Shown: positions 9,389 to 20,414, counted from the first letter of the stretch. The stretch: 64,000 nucleotides of DNA from an uncultured Verrucomicrobiae bacterium (GCA_963707025.1 CAVPOM010000018.1:608001-672000); one strand, 5' to 3'. The notes: generated by a model from the sequence alone, not told the origin. Translations and numbers: made by a program.

Positions 9389-12094
9389 TTAAGAGGCTTG
9401 GCCATCGCCGCTTGCCGGCGGCGGGTTTCCGTCCGCGCCGCCGCCGTCCAAGTCAATGAGAATGTCGCGCGGCTCGGCGCCTTTGTTGGGGCCGACGATG
9501 CCGCGCAGTTCCAGTTCGTCCATGATGCGGGCGGCCCGGGTGTAGCCCAGGCGCAGACGCCGTTGCATGAGGGAGACGCTCGCCTTCTGCTCGCTGCGGA
9601 TGATCTCGATGCACTGCTGGATCAGTTCTTCATCCTCGCCGCTGCCGCCGTTGTCGGCGTCCAGGTCGTCGGTGGATTTCTGGAGTTGTTGATGAATCTC
9701 CACTTCGTAGGTCGGCTTGCCCTGCTTGGCGATAAAGGCCACGATTTTTTCCAGTTCCCCGTCCGTGATCAACGCGCCTTGCACGCGGATTAATTTGGCC
9801 GAGCCGGGCGGCAGGTAGAGCATGTCGCCCTTGCCCAGCAGTTTGTCGGCGCCCATGCCGTCCAAAATGGTGCGGGAATCCACCTTGGCCGCGACCTGGA
9901 AAGCGATGCGGGCCGGGATGTTGGCCTTGATCACGCCGGTGATGACGTCCACGCTGGGCCGCTGGGTGGCGACGATGCAGTGAATGCCGGCGGCGCGCGC
10001 CATTTGGGTGATGCGGGCGATGGCCATTTCCACATCCGCCGGCGCGACCAGCATCAAGTCCGCCAATTCGTCAATCACCACGACAATGTAGCTGAGATAA
10101 TCCGGGATGACGATTTCCTCATCGCGCGGCACCACGATCTCTTCGTCCAATTCCACGGCGAAGCCGTCTGAGCTGACCTCGACCTTTTCCTTTTTGGCCA
10201 GGAGGGGCAGCACCGGTTGAGTCTGGGGCAGGGGTTTATGCTTGGGCCGTTCGTTGAAGGAACGGATGTTGCGCACGCCGACTTTGGCAAAGATCTGGTA
10301 GCGTTTTTCCATTTCATTCACCACCCAGCGCAGGGCGAGGATGACCTTTTTTGGGTCCGTCACCACCGGCACGACCAGATGAGGCAGGGCGTTGTATTGC
10401 TGGAGTTCCACCACCTTGGGATCAATCATGACGAAGCGGAGTTTGTCGGGCGGGAAGCGGTAGAGGAGCGAAGTGATGATGGCGTTGATGCAAACCGATT
10501 TGCCCGAGCCGGTGCTGCCGGCGATGAGCAAGTGGGGCATTTCCGACAGGTCGGCGATGATGGGCAGCCCATAGACGTCCTTGCCCAAGGCCACGGGAAT
10601 GCGGGCTTTGGTGGCGCGCCATTCCTCCGATTCGAACAGGTCCCGCACGATGACCTTGGTCTTGACGGCATTGGGCACCTCCACCCCAACGGAGCTTTTG
10701 CCCGGCACCGGCGCGAGAATGTTGATGCGCTCGGCCTTGAGGGCGGCGGCGATGTTGTTGCTCAAGGCCACGATTTTTTCCAGCTTCACCCCCGGGGCGG
10801 GATGCAGTTCGTAGCGGGTGATGGTCGGACCCTTGGTGATGTCGCCCGGGGAAACCTCGATGTCGAACTGGGCCAGGGTCTGCTGCATGAGACGGGCATT
10901 GGCCATCAATTCCTCTTTCGTCTCCGTCGGCTTGAGTGTGGTGTCGGCGCTTTGCAGGAAGTCCAGGGGCGGCAACTGGTAGTTCCCGATTTTCGGCGCG
11001 GCGGCCACGGTGATCGGTTTGGGCTTGCGCGGGGCGGATTTGGTTTTGGCCGCCGACGGCGGGACGGAGGCCGCGCCCGCGCCTTCGGGAACAGAGGCGG
11101 CCACGGCTGGCGCGCCGGCCTCCGGGACAGCCGCCTCCACTTCGGGCCGGGGTTTGACGCTTTCCTTGCCGGGCGGTTCGACTGTCCCCGCTTTGCCAAG
11201 AATGTCCACGGTGGTGGCCGCGGCAACCTCCTTGGCCGGAATCACCACGCCCTCCTCCGCTGGCGCCGGCTCTTTGGGCGGTTCCTTTTCCTTGGCTTTC
11301 TTCGGCACCGCGGCCGGATTGGATTGGGGGACACTCAAATCGCGCACGGTGGGGACCGGCACCGGCTTCATGTCGGCGCCCAATCCGCTCGGACCGGCCA
11401 CCGTGGCGGCTTTGCCGGATTTGTCCAACTGTTCCTGGAGCAGACGCGCCTGCTTTTCCAGCAAGCGCGCGCGGCGTTCGAGTTCATTCTCGCCGGCCAG
11501 GGCGGCAGCGGCGGCCGCGCTCCCGAAGCGGATGGCCCACCATTGGCGGCACCATTGCCCCAGCCTGAAATTGGTCAGATAGAGAAGGCTGATGAGATAC
11601 AATCCCGCCAAAACGATGCTGCCTCCCACCTTGCCGATGTAGCGCAGACCGTGACGATAGAAAAACTGGCCGACCAGACCGCCGCTGCTGGGAATTTCGA
11701 GGCGGGCTTGAGCCCATTTGTCGAGGCCGGGACCGGTCTCGAACATGCTGAGCAGCCCCATGCAGCAGACGATCAGAACCGCCCCCCAAACCCAGCGCTG
11801 TTGCAAATAAGAGAGAAACCCAACCAAATAACCCAGGCCGAACATCATGAGCAAGGCCGGGACCATGTAGGCGGTCAACCCAAAAGCCCAGAACAGCCAG
11901 AGGCCCAGGCGCGCCCCGACCGGTCCAATCAAGTTATTGAGCGGATTGTTGGTGGCGGTGTGATTGGCCGGAAGGTCTCTGGGATCGTAGGAAAGCAAGG
12001 CGCACAACAACAAAAGGCCTGTCAAACACAAGACGATGCCGATGACATCATTGACTCCATGCTGGTGCGAACGCGCTGCGTCTTTCCGAGGCAT
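9389..12094 (-). CDS. ftsK: DNA translocase FtsK/SpoIIIE
   Basis: N-terminal 4TM region, PHLLIAGSTGSGKS, MIDPKVVEL, IDELADLM, ATQRPSVDVITG, gamma domain SLMQRRLRLGYTRAARIMD. Confidence 0.98.
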   Translation of the reverse strand: MPRKDAARSHQHGVNDVIGIVLCLTGLLLLCALLSYDPRDLPANHTATNNPLNNLIGPVGARLGLWLFWAFGLTAYMVPALLMMFGLGYLVGFLSYLQQRWVWGAVLIVCCMGLLSMFETGPGLDKWAQARLEIPSSGGLVGQFFYRHGLRYIGKVGGSIVLAGLYLISLLYLTNFRLGQWCRQWWAIRFGSAAAAAALAGENELERRARLLEKQARLLQEQLDKSGKAATVAGPSGLGADMKPVPVPTVRDLSVPQSNPAAVPKKAKEKEPPKEPAPAEEGVVIPAKEVAAATTVDILGKAGTVEPPGKESVKPRPEVEAAVPEAGAPAVAASVPEGAGAASVPPSAAKTKSAPRKPKPITVAAAPKIGNYQLPPLDFLQSADTTLKPTETKEELMANARLMQQTLAQFDIEVSPGDITKGPTITRYELHPAPGVKLEKIVALSNNIAAALKAERINILAPVPGKSSVGVEVPNAVKTKVIVRDLFESEEWRATKARIPVALGKDVYGLPIIADLSEMPHLLIAGSTGSGKSVCINAIITSLLYRFPPDKLRFVMIDPKVVELQQYNALPHLVVPVVTDPKKVILALRWVVNEMEKRYQIFAKVGVRNIRSFNERPKHKPLPQTQPVLPLLAKKEKVEVSSDGFAVELDEEIVVPRDEEIVIPDYLSYIVVVIDELADLMLVAPADVEMAIARITQMARAAGIHCIVATQRPSVDVITGVIKANIPARIAFQVAAKVDSRTILDGMGADKLLGKGDMLYLPPGSAKLIRVQGALITDGELEKIVAFIAKQGKPTYEVEIHQQLQKSTDDLDADNGGSGEDEELIQQCIEIIRSEQKASVSLMQRRLRLGYTRAARIMDELELRGIVGPNKGAEPRDILIDLDGGGADGNPPPASGDGQAS

Positions 12095-12205
12095 GAGCGC
12101 AGTCTAAAGTTGAATGCGCCGGGTGCAAAGAGCAAAGTTGCCGCGCCGCTTTGGCCGGCACGGCAACCTGTTCCACGCCAGAATCTTCATCCCGCCCAAT
12201 CGCCG

Positions 12206-13570
12206 TCAACGGTCGCTCTTGCCACCGGGCGCTTCCTTGGAGTCTTTGGCATCTTTCGCGTCCCTGCCTCCAGGCACGCCACGCGTCCCGGCTTCCGGCC
12301 CGCCGCGCATGCCGGGTCCGCCGCGTTCCGGCCCGCCGGGAGGGACTGGCCCGCCTCTCCGCAGCTCTTCCGGCCGGCGGGGCGCATCGCGAGATTCCAG
12401 GCTCCGGCGCAGGGGATCGCCGGCGGGGCGCGACTGGATTTCCTTGACCCGTTCAATGGTGCGGGTTCTTTCCAGTTCCCGTCCCCGCTCAATTCGCGAG
12501 TCGCGGATGGCGATTCTATCCACCACCACGGCATGGTGCGAGAAGAGGGCGACGCGGTCGCGGCCCAGGCCATCAAAGACCAGCCGGCCGTCCACAAACC
12601 GGTGCTCATTCATCACCAGGCTGCCGCGAAACACCATCCCCATCCGCTCCCGCGGGAGGAGGAAGGGCCGGTAATCATGGTCCCAGAAATGGTCGTAGCC
12701 GATAAAGATATAGTCATCCGGCAGCAGGCCAAAATCCACATCCACCGCCAGGCCTCCGCGATACATCAAACCGACGCCCACTTCAAAGCGAGCGGCGGGC
12801 GGCAAGGGCGCCCAGCCGGCAAAGCCTTCGGCATGGCGCCAGGAAACCCAGGCCGGAGCCCAATCATAGCCGGGAACCCAGACCCAGCCGTAGCGAAAAT
12901 CCCGCACCCACCGGCCATAATGAAACACGATGTCCCCGTAAGGAGCGTCGGAATGCCAAAACCATCCTGCATCGGTGTATTGCCACCAGCCCTGATTGAA
13001 GTAGGGCCGCCATCCTGGCATTTGGACCGCGTCGTTCGGTCTCCAGACCGGGCCGTAAGGGGGCACATCGTACCAATTGCCGAAAGGCCCGAGTTGATCC
13101 TGAAAATAATTCAGATTGATTTCCGATCCCGGCGGCGCGACGGGCCGCACGTAGGCGTCCGGCGGCGCCGGCATGGCCGGAGCCTGCGCCGGCATTCCGT
13201 ACGGCGGCGGGGCTGGAGTGGAGGGCGGGGGCACGGGCACAGGCCCGCCGTAGGGCTGGGGCGCAGCCGGCTTCATCTGTTGCAACAAAGCGATGACATT
13301 GGCCGAGACGCCCTGGCTGTTGAGATAGAGAATGTCGTCGGCGCTCAAGGAGTAAGCCGCTCCGGAGTTTTTGATTTGCGCCATGATGATATCGTCCGGC
13401 AGGTGGGCCTGGGCCAATTTCACCACATCCAGCAAGGCCGGCGAAAGGTTGGCCGGGGCCGTTTGGGCGCGCCCCACGCTCTGCCCGCTCCAGCAAAGCC
13501 AGCCGAGGGCGAGGCAGACCGCGGCGGCGGCCATGGTTCTCTGCCACTTCGAGGTACCGTTTGTTTTCAT
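12206..13570 (-). CDS. Exported Trp/Tyr-rich repeat protein (DUF6600-like)
   Basis: Signal peptide, Pro-rich linker, then YGPVWRP, WRPY, FHYGRW, WVWVPG, WAPAWVSWR, GWAPLPP. Confidence 0.8.
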   Translation of the reverse strand: MKTNGTSKWQRTMAAAAVCLALGWLCWSGQSVGRAQTAPANLSPALLDVVKLAQAHLPDDIIMAQIKNSGAAYSLSADDILYLNSQGVSANVIALLQQMKPAAPQPYGGPVPVPPPSTPAPPPYGMPAQAPAMPAPPDAYVRPVAPPGSEINLNYFQDQLGPFGNWYDVPPYGPVWRPNDAVQMPGWRPYFNQGWWQYTDAGWFWHSDAPYGDIVFHYGRWVRDFRYGWVWVPGYDWAPAWVSWRHAEGFAGWAPLPPAARFEVGVGLMYRGGLAVDVDFGLLPDDYIFIGYDHFWDHDYRPFLLPRERMGMVFRGSLVMNEHRFVDGRLVFDGLGRDRVALFSHHAVVVDRIAIRDSRIERGRELERTRTIERVKEIQSRPAGDPLRRSLESRDAPRRPEELRRGGPVPPGGPERGGPGMRGGPEAGTRGVPGGRDAKDAKDSKEAPGGKSDR

Positions 13571-13718
13571 AAAAATGCTTCCGTTTGGGAGCCTTCCCGG
13601 CTCCTCGCTTAAAACCGGTCAACTTGGCAACCGGACCAAGTCGTCCCACCAGCCAATACGCCACTGGCGGGAGAATCTTGCAACACAAAAAGTTTGAACG
13701 GGAGCGCCGGCGGCTCGT

Positions 13719-14978
13719 TCAATCGAGCAGGAGGGGTTTGAGGTGGCGTTGGTAGAGGTTTCGGGTGACGTTGCGGGCGACGGTCTGGGCGCAGGCGTCG
13801 AGCATGTTCAGGTAGCGCGGGCCGTGTTGGGCGGCGATTTTGTAGCCGACATGCAACAACTGGCGGACGTGCGGATTGAATTCCGGACAGCGCGGGTCGT
13901 GACGGAGCGCGGCGGCGAATTGCGCGGCGGTCCAGCGGGCGACTTGTTCCCTGGCCGGCAATTTGGCGGGGTCAATGTCAATGACCGAGGCGTAGGGGGC
14001 GCATAAATCGGCGCGGTGGCCGAGGGCCTGCGCGTAGATTTCCTGGGCGAGCGCGAGGCCGTCGCCGCCGGCTTCGGCCAGGCCGATCAATTCCTCCAGC
14101 CAGGTGGTGCCGGCGGTTTTGAGGTGGAGGCCGGCGTTGAATTTGGCCAGGGCGCGGCGGATGGGCTGGTAGAGGGAGAATTTGTCGCTGCCGGAATGGA
14201 CGCTGAGCTTGAGGTTTTGCGGCAGGCCGTAATGTTTGACGGCAAAGGCGATGACGGCGAGGTCTTCGCTGAATTCCCGCTCGAACTGGCCGACATCGCC
14301 CACGTAATCCACGCCCTTGTTGAAGCGCCCGGTGAATTTTGGGGCGATGGTTTGCAGCGCGATTTTTTCATCGGCCATGGCCGCCAGGATGATGAGCAGT
14401 TCCGGCGGGGTCTGGGCGGTGCCGGTTTCGTCCATGGAAACTTCGGCGATGAAGTTGCCCGCGCCTTTGGCCTGGGCGATGTGCCGGAAAATCTTCCCCG
14501 CCTCCTGCACGGCGCAAAGATATTGGCCGGCCACGCGGGAGACTTCGGCGCGATTCAGCTCAAAGGACCGCTGGATGCCGGGGATTTCCAGGCGGCCGGC
14601 CAGTGCGGCATGACGGTCCACAAAGGCCCGCAAGGCGCTCTCCGGCGCGGGCCTGCCAATGGAGTCGGCGACGTCAATGGTGAAAAAGTCGGAAGAGTCG
14701 AGAAAGGCGTCCACCGTGTCCAGCCGGATGTGGTCGGCGTCCACATGCCACGGTTTTTTCCAGCCGAGTTGGGCGACGGCTTTGGCCGCCGCCTCCCGGA
14801 CGCTGGCGGGCTTGGAGCCGATGATGAGATGTTCGCGATTGGATTTGTTCCAAACGGGGGTGACCTCGACGCCCTGGCCGGCGGCCAGGATGACGGCCTG
14901 CAATTGGGCCCCGGCCTGATGGGCAAACCGGTCGCCCATGCCAAAGGAAAATTTTCCGAGGGATGCGGAGTTGTTCAT
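13719..14978 (-). CDS. uxaE: Tagaturonate/fructuronate epimerase
   Basis: SFGMGDRF, DADHI, EVSMDET, APKFTGRFNKGVDY, KLSVHSGSDKFS, HLKTAGTTWLEE. Confidence 0.9.
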   Translation of the reverse strand: MNNSASLGKFSFGMGDRFAHQAGAQLQAVILAAGQGVEVTPVWNKSNREHLIIGSKPASVREAAAKAVAQLGWKKPWHVDADHIRLDTVDAFLDSSDFFTIDVADSIGRPAPESALRAFVDRHAALAGRLEIPGIQRSFELNRAEVSRVAGQYLCAVQEAGKIFRHIAQAKGAGNFIAEVSMDETGTAQTPPELLIILAAMADEKIALQTIAPKFTGRFNKGVDYVGDVGQFEREFSEDLAVIAFAVKHYGLPQNLKLSVHSGSDKFSLYQPIRRALAKFNAGLHLKTAGTTWLEELIGLAEAGGDGLALAQEIYAQALGHRADLCAPYASVIDIDPAKLPAREQVARWTAAQFAAALRHDPRCPEFNPHVRQLLHVGYKIAAQHGPRYLNMLDACAQTVARNVTRNLYQRHLKPLLLD

Positions 14979-15095
14979 GGGCACGAGTTTAAAGATGGCC
15001 GGGAGGGTGACAACGCAAAACGCATCGCCAAAACTGGTGAAGGCAGGAAAGAACCTTGCCGGGCGGCGCGGGTTTTGGTTACGTTTTCCAAACTT

Positions 15096-16904
15096 GTGAA
15101 TTCCAGCACGGCAAACCGGCCCGCCGCCAGCCATTACCGCTGGGTGATTTGCGCCCTGCTGTTTTTCGCCACAACGTTCAATTACCTTGACCGGCAGGTC
15201 ATCAGCTACTTGAAGGATCCGATCTTCTGCGCGCCGGTGGCAGAGGGCGGCTTCGGCTGGTCGAACACGGACTTTGCGAATTTGACTTCCTTCTTCACCG
15301 CGTTTTACGCCGGCATGACCATCATCGCCGGCTGGGTCATTGACAAAATCGGCACAAAAATCGGACTGGCGCTCTCGCTCATCTTCTGGTCGGTGTTCGG
15401 CATGGCCAATGCCTTCGTGGGACGGCTGGTGACGATGCACATTCTGGTGCGCAGCGCCTTTGCCGTGGGCGAAGGCGGGAACTTCCCCGCTTCCATCAAA
15501 ACGGTCGCGGAATGGTTTCCCAAACGCGAACGCGCCCTGGCCACCGGCATTTTCAACAGCGGCTCAAACTTCGGCGCGATGGTGGCCGCCCTCTTCGTTC
15601 CGTGGTGCCTGCTTTATTTCGGCGATGAAAGCGGATGGAAAATGGCCTTCATCATCACCGGCGCGGCGGGTTTTCTCTGGCTGATTTTTTGGTTCTGGCT
15701 TTATGAAATTCCCGCCGGACAAAAGCGGCTTTCCCAGGCGGAATTTGATTATATTCACAGCGACAAGGAGGATGCCACCACCGAGGAAAAGCCGGGCAAG
15801 GGCGTCTTCGGAAAACTTTTCTCCGTCAGGGGCCGGATTCCGCGCGGCGCTTTTTGGGGAACGATGATTCTGATCGGCATTTTGACTCTGTTTGTCTGTT
15901 TGATGACCAGCCTGATCGTGACTCACGGCGCGCATCTTTATGTTCCCGGTTTGGGTGTCAAGGGTATTATTGACAACATCTTTGTCATCCCCGATGCCAG
16001 TTTTTCCATGATTGTTCATGGCAGGATTAATGCTTATGACAATCTCAACATTTTTGCCCTGGCCTTTCGCCTGGCCTGGCTGTTGGTCGTGGCCTGGATC
16101 GCCATTGCTCTGCAAATAAAGCGATGGCATGACCTGGAAAAAACCGGCTGGCTTGTCCTGATCAACCTCGTGCCGGGCGTTGGAAGCGTGGTATCGCTCC
16201 TGGTTTTGGGATTCTGCAAAGGCAGTTCCGGCTCGAATAAATTCGGCAACGAAGGCAGCCCCGGGTTGCTGGGTTACCGGCAAACCTGGTCGTTTTTCTG
16301 GGGGAAATTTCTCACCGACGGCGTGTGGTGGTTCTACCTTTTCTGGCTGCCGGATTATTTGAACAAGCAATTTGGCATGACCAAGGAGCAGGTCATGATG
16401 CCGACGTTCATCGTTTACGGAGTCTCCATTGTCGGCAGCGTTTATGGCGGCAGCATTCCCATGACGCTCATTAAGAAGGGCATGGCGGTTTACAAGGCCC
16501 GCATGCTGGCGATGTTCCTCATCGCCCTGGCTCCGCTGACCGTTTTGGCGACACAGTATTTTGGCAACGTCGGCGAGTTTGGGAAATGGGCCGCCGTGCT
16601 GGCCGTCGCGACGATTTGCATCGGCGCCGCCGCGCATCAGGCCTGGTCCGCGAACCTGTTCACCACCGTTTCCGACATGTTCCCGAAAAAGACGGTCGGT
16701 TCGGTCACGGGCATTGGCGCCATGGCCGGCGGCCTGGGCGGCGTGGTGGTTCAGCAACTCGCCGGCGGCCTGACCGATGCCTTGAAGGAGAATCCGCAGA
16801 CCGCCTACCTCGTCATGTTCCTTGTCTGCGCCTTGAGTTACCTCGTCGCCTGGGGAATCATGAAAGCGCTCGTGCCACGCCACCAACCCATCACAGATTT
16901 ATAA
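15096..16904 (+). CDS. exuT: Hexuronate MFS transporter (ExuT-like) with a DUF805-like domain in the central loop
   Basis: YRWVICALLFFATTFNYLDRQ, GEGGNFPASIKTVAEWFPKRERA, KFLTDGVWWFYLFWLPDY, AAHQAWSANL. Insert at about 15810-16255. Confidence 0.88.
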   Translation: MNSSTANRPAASHYRWVICALLFFATTFNYLDRQVISYLKDPIFCAPVAEGGFGWSNTDFANLTSFFTAFYAGMTIIAGWVIDKIGTKIGLALSLIFWSVFGMANAFVGRLVTMHILVRSAFAVGEGGNFPASIKTVAEWFPKRERALATGIFNSGSNFGAMVAALFVPWCLLYFGDESGWKMAFIITGAAGFLWLIFWFWLYEIPAGQKRLSQAEFDYIHSDKEDATTEEKPGKGVFGKLFSVRGRIPRGAFWGTMILIGILTLFVCLMTSLIVTHGAHLYVPGLGVKGIIDNIFVIPDASFSMIVHGRINAYDNLNIFALAFRLAWLLVVAWIAIALQIKRWHDLEKTGWLVLINLVPGVGSVVSLLVLGFCKGSSGSNKFGNEGSPGLLGYRQTWSFFWGKFLTDGVWWFYLFWLPDYLNKQFGMTKEQVMMPTFIVYGVSIVGSVYGGSIPMTLIKKGMAVYKARMLAMFLIALAPLTVLATQYFGNVGEFGKWAAVLAVATICIGAAAHQAWSANLFTTVSDMFPKKTVGSVTGIGAMAGGLGGVVVQQLAGGLTDALKENPQTAYLVMFLVCALSYLVAWGIMKALVPRHQPITDL

Positions 16905-16974
16905 AATCTTCCGCTGAAAAACAACAGCCCGCTGCGGCAGGCCGCTGCCACGGGCTGAATTTTTCGCAGCGCGA

Positions 16975-18382
16975 TCAGGCGGGAAATGCGAAATAATTTT
17001 TGGCGTTGCGGTGACAAACGTCCCTGACAAGGTTCTTCAGCCAGTCGCGGCGGTCGGGGAGGCGGCCGGTGGCGACCTCGGAGCCGAGGATGTCGCAGAG
17101 GATGCGGCGGAAGTATTCGTGGCGGGGATAGGAGAGGAAAGAGCGCGAGTCGGTCAGCATGCCCGGCGAAGCGGCTGAGCAATCCCAGGTTTGACAGCGC
17201 GTTGAGTTGGGCGCGGATGCCGTCCTCCTGATCCAGAAACCACCAGGACGAACCATACTGCAGCTTGCCCGGAATGGAGCCGTCCTGAAAACTGCCGGGC
17301 ATGGCGGCGAACAAATGGGTGTCGGCCGGATTGAGATTGTAGAGGATGGTTTTGGGGAGCTGGTTGCGGCTGTTCAAACGGTCCAGGTAGCGGACCAGCC
17401 CTGCGGCCTGCGGAAAATCGCCGATGGTGTCGCAGCCGGTGTCGGCGCCCAGGAGCGCGGCCATGCGGGTGTTCGGGTCGCGGCAGGCGCCGAGGTGAAG
17501 CTGTTTGGTCCAGCCTTTTTCCGCGTCGAGCGCGCCAAAGAATTCCATCATGAAGGAGGCAAACCGCTCGGCGTCCGCCGGCCTCGCCGCCCGGCCCTTG
17601 AGGGCGGCGGAAAAAATGGCGGCGGCTTGTTTTTCCGTGCAATCCAGCGCGGGCATCTGGTTGAGGCCATGATCGGACAAGCGTTCGCCCCGGGCATGGA
17701 AAAAGGCGTGCCGGCGGTCCAGGGCCTGGAGAAAACCCTTGAAGGTGTCCGCGCCCGCGCCCGCCGCCTGGCTGAGGCGCTTGGTCCAGGGCTGGAAGCG
17801 TTCGGGCTGGCCGACGCGCAGGGCGTTGTCCGGGCGGAAGGCGGGCAGCACTTTGACCCGCCAGGCGGACCGGGCGATGGCCTGGTGGTGTTCGAGGGAA
17901 TCGGCGGGATCATCTGTCGTGCATATTATTTCGACGTTCATGCGTTCGACCAGGCCGCGCGCCGACCAGCCCGGCCGGGCCAGGAGGCGGTTGGCCTCGT
18001 CCCACACGGCCGGGGCGGTGGTTTCGTCGAGCAGGGCCTTGATGCCGAAATAGCGGCGCAATTCCAGGTGGGTCCAAAGAAAGAGGGGGTTGCGCAGGGT
18101 GTGGGGCACGGTGGCGGCCCAGGCCTGGAATTTTTCGCGCGGGGTGGCGTCCCGGCCGGTGATGAGGCGTTCGGGCACGCCGTCGGCCCGCATGGCGCGC
18201 CATTTGTAATGGTCGCCTTCCAGCCACGGTTCGTGGAGATTTTTGAAGCGGCGGTCCTCCGCCAAGTCGCGCGGCGACAGATGGCAATGATAATCAATGA
18301 TGGGCTGGGCCGCGGCCGTGCCATGGTAGAGCTGGCGCGCCAGCGGGTTGGAGAGCAGAAAATTGCGGTCGCAAAATTTCAT
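16975..18382 (-). CDS. uxaC: Uronate isomerase (one frameshift near 17163, probably an assembly indel)
   Basis: [36 protein letters not shown] in one frame; [23 protein letters not shown] in the next frame. Confidence 0.93.
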
Positions 18383-18394
18383 GTTTTCAACGGG

Positions 18395-19168
18395 TCAAAT
18401 GGACACGGCATCAAAGCCTCCATCTACAATAAGTTCAGCGCCGGTCATAAAGCTGCCGGCCTCCGAGGCCAGGAGCAGGGCCGCCCCGGCCAGCTCGGGC
18501 GGCTGGCCGAACCGGGCCATGGGCGTTCTGGCCAGGATGGCCGCCACGCGCTCCGGGCTGAGCACCTGGCGGTTTTGTTCGGCGGGAAAGAAGCCCGGCA
18601 CCAGGAGGTTGACCCGCACGCCCCGGGCCGCCCATTCGCGCGCCAGATTTTTGGACAGATTATGCACCGCCGCCTTGGAGGCGGAGTAGGTGAAGACGCG
18701 GGAAAGCGGGGTGAGCGCCGAGGCCGAGCCGACGTTGATAATGCTGCCGGAGCCGCGTTCCACCATGTATTTGCCAAAGACCTGGCAGGCGAGAAAAAGG
18801 CCCTTGAAGTTGACGGACAGGATGCGGTCCAGCTCCGCCTCCGCGATGTCGAGAAAGGGGGTGGCGGAATTGACGCCGGCGCCGTTGACCAGAATGTCCA
18901 CGCCGCCGGTTTTGGCCAGGGTGTCGCCCAGCAGTTTGTCCAGGCTGGCCTTGGAAGTGGTGTCGCAAGCCAGAAAGTCCGCTTGGCCGCCATCGGCGGC
19001 AATTTGGGCCAGGCGCGTTTTTGCTTTCTGGGCGTCGCGGCCGGCGAGCACGACGGAGGCGCCGGCTTGGGCGAAGGCGGCGGCGATGGAGCCGCACAAT
19101 TCCCCGGTGCCGCCGATGACCACGGCGACTTTGCCGCGCAGTGAAAATAGTTCGGCCGGAGTTTTCAT
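18395..19168 (-). CDS. SDR oxidoreductase, likely D-mannonate/fructuronate reductase-like
   Basis: [32 protein letters not shown]; operonic with uxaC. Confidence 0.88.
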   Translation of the reverse strand: MKTPAELFSLRGKVAVVIGGTGELCGSIAAAFAQAGASVVLAGRDAQKAKTRLAQIAADGGQADFLACDTTSKASLDKLLGDTLAKTGGVDILVNGAGVNSATPFLDIAEAELDRILSVNFKGLFLACQVFGKYMVERGSGSIINVGSASALTPLSRVFTYSASKAAVHNLSKNLAREWAARGVRVNLLVPGFFPAEQNRQVLSPERVAAILARTPMARFGQPPELAGAALLLASEAGSFMTGAELIVDGGFDAVSI

Positions 19169-19245
19169 TGTCAAAGAGTCTGTGCCATTTCCCGGCGGAA
19201 TGCAATCCGCGGGTCAGAAGGCGCCGGAGAGACGGATGGATTCAT

Positions 19246-19499
19246 CGTTGGAGTGGTGGAATGGTGGAAGAAATGCAGAATGCAAAATGCAGAATGCAAA
19301 ATGGATTCGGAGAGCGGCAATTTTATCCGTGCCATCCTGGATAACCTGAGCGCCGCGGCTGAAGCGTTGGAGTGGTGGAGTGGTGGAAGAAATGCAGAAT
19401 GCAAAATGCAGAATGCAAAATGGATTCAGAGAGCGGCAATTTTATCCGTGCCATCCTGGATAACCTGAGCGCCGCGGCTGAAGTGTTGGAGTGGTGGAG
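19246..19499. repeat. 119-bp tandem repeat (2 full copies plus a partial third)
   Basis: Copies start at 19246, 19365 and 19484; near-identical, with internal AATGCAG/AATGCAA heptamers and GAGTGGTG octamers. Confidence 0.95.
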
Positions 19500-19502
19500 C
19501 GG

Positions 19503-19647
19503 CGGGGCCACGCCGGCTTCGTCCACCGTGGCAATGTGTTCGTCGTCGGCCCCCACGCCGAAGGCGGCATAGAAATCCTGCGCCATCGGGCCGAGGTGCG
19601 GCGTGGCGGCGCGGTTGGGGTAGTGCCAGTGGCGGCAGGCTATGGCC
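19503..19647 (-). pseudogene. Fragment of a peptidase S74 (intramolecular chaperone) domain
   Basis: Translates to WHYPNRAATPHLGPMAQDFYAAFGVGADDEHIATVDEAGVA, then breaks at the tandem repeat. Confidence 0.7.
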
Positions 19648-20021
19648 GTCGCCTGCCTTTATTTCCTCTGGTTTGCGGCGGGCATAGACCGCCGTTAGAA
19701 TCGTGGACCCGAACCATTAGCGATGCGCTTGGGGACGCAACCCGGAGGCGGGCGGGACGCGCGCGCTCCCAGAGAAGGCGCCCATCAGGGGAAGCAGCGT
19801 GCGCCTTTCCCTTTTTTTGGCGCTTCTTTGCCTTGGGCAGGATTTCCGCGATTCAAACGGTTGCAAATTGGTCATGGAGCGTGGGTCATTTGACCAGTTC
19901 ATGGAGCGGATTTATCACCTTGATTCCGGTGATAGAGGAGGAGGAGGAGACGCCCCGCCCATCGCAGGATTGGACATTGCGCAGGATTGACCGGGCTGGA
20001 CAAAGGCGGTACACCCATGGC

Positions 20022-20405
20022 ATGAAAAAAATAATCGTCAAACCCGCGGGCGGCGCGGCGGCCGTCGGGCCTTACAGCCAGGGCGTGCGCGCGGGGGATT
20101 TCCTTTTTTGCGCGGGGCAGATCCCGCTGGTTCCGGAGACGGGCCAGATGGTCGGCCACGACGTGCAGGCGCAGACGGAACGGGTTTTGGAGAATGTCAA
20201 AATCATCCTGCGCGACCAGAAGCTGGATTTCGGGCAGGTGGTCAAAACAACGGTTTTCCTGACGGACCTGGCGGATTTCACCGCGATGAACGAGGTTTAT
20301 GCCCGCTATTTCAAGGCGGATTTCCCGGCGCGTTCCACGGTGCAGGTGGCGGCGCTGCCGCGCGGGGCGAAGGTCGAGATCGAGGTGGTGGCGCATTATG
20401 ATTGA
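20022..20405 (+). CDS. ridA: RidA/YjgF family reactive-intermediate deaminase
   Basis: AVGPYSQG, CAGQIP, VVKTTVFL, MNEVY, PARSTVQVAALPRGAKVEIE. Confidence 0.95.
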   Translation: MKKIIVKPAGGAAAVGPYSQGVRAGDFLFCAGQIPLVPETGQMVGHDVQAQTERVLENVKIILRDQKLDFGQVVKTTVFLTDLADFTAMNEVYARYFKADFPARSTVQVAALPRGAKVEIEVVAHYD

Positions 20406-20414
20406 AGCAAGTGA

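Noticed and set aside
10217..13612. 1131-aa plus-strand ORF and similar long ORFs (e.g. 17207-19144, 44548-46767, 48822-50588, 2789-4156)
   Set aside because: Antisense shadows of well-supported genes in high-GC DNA, with no motifs of their own.
19246..19499. Possible CRISPR array
   Set aside because: Whole 119-bp units are duplicated with no unique spacers, and no cas genes are present.
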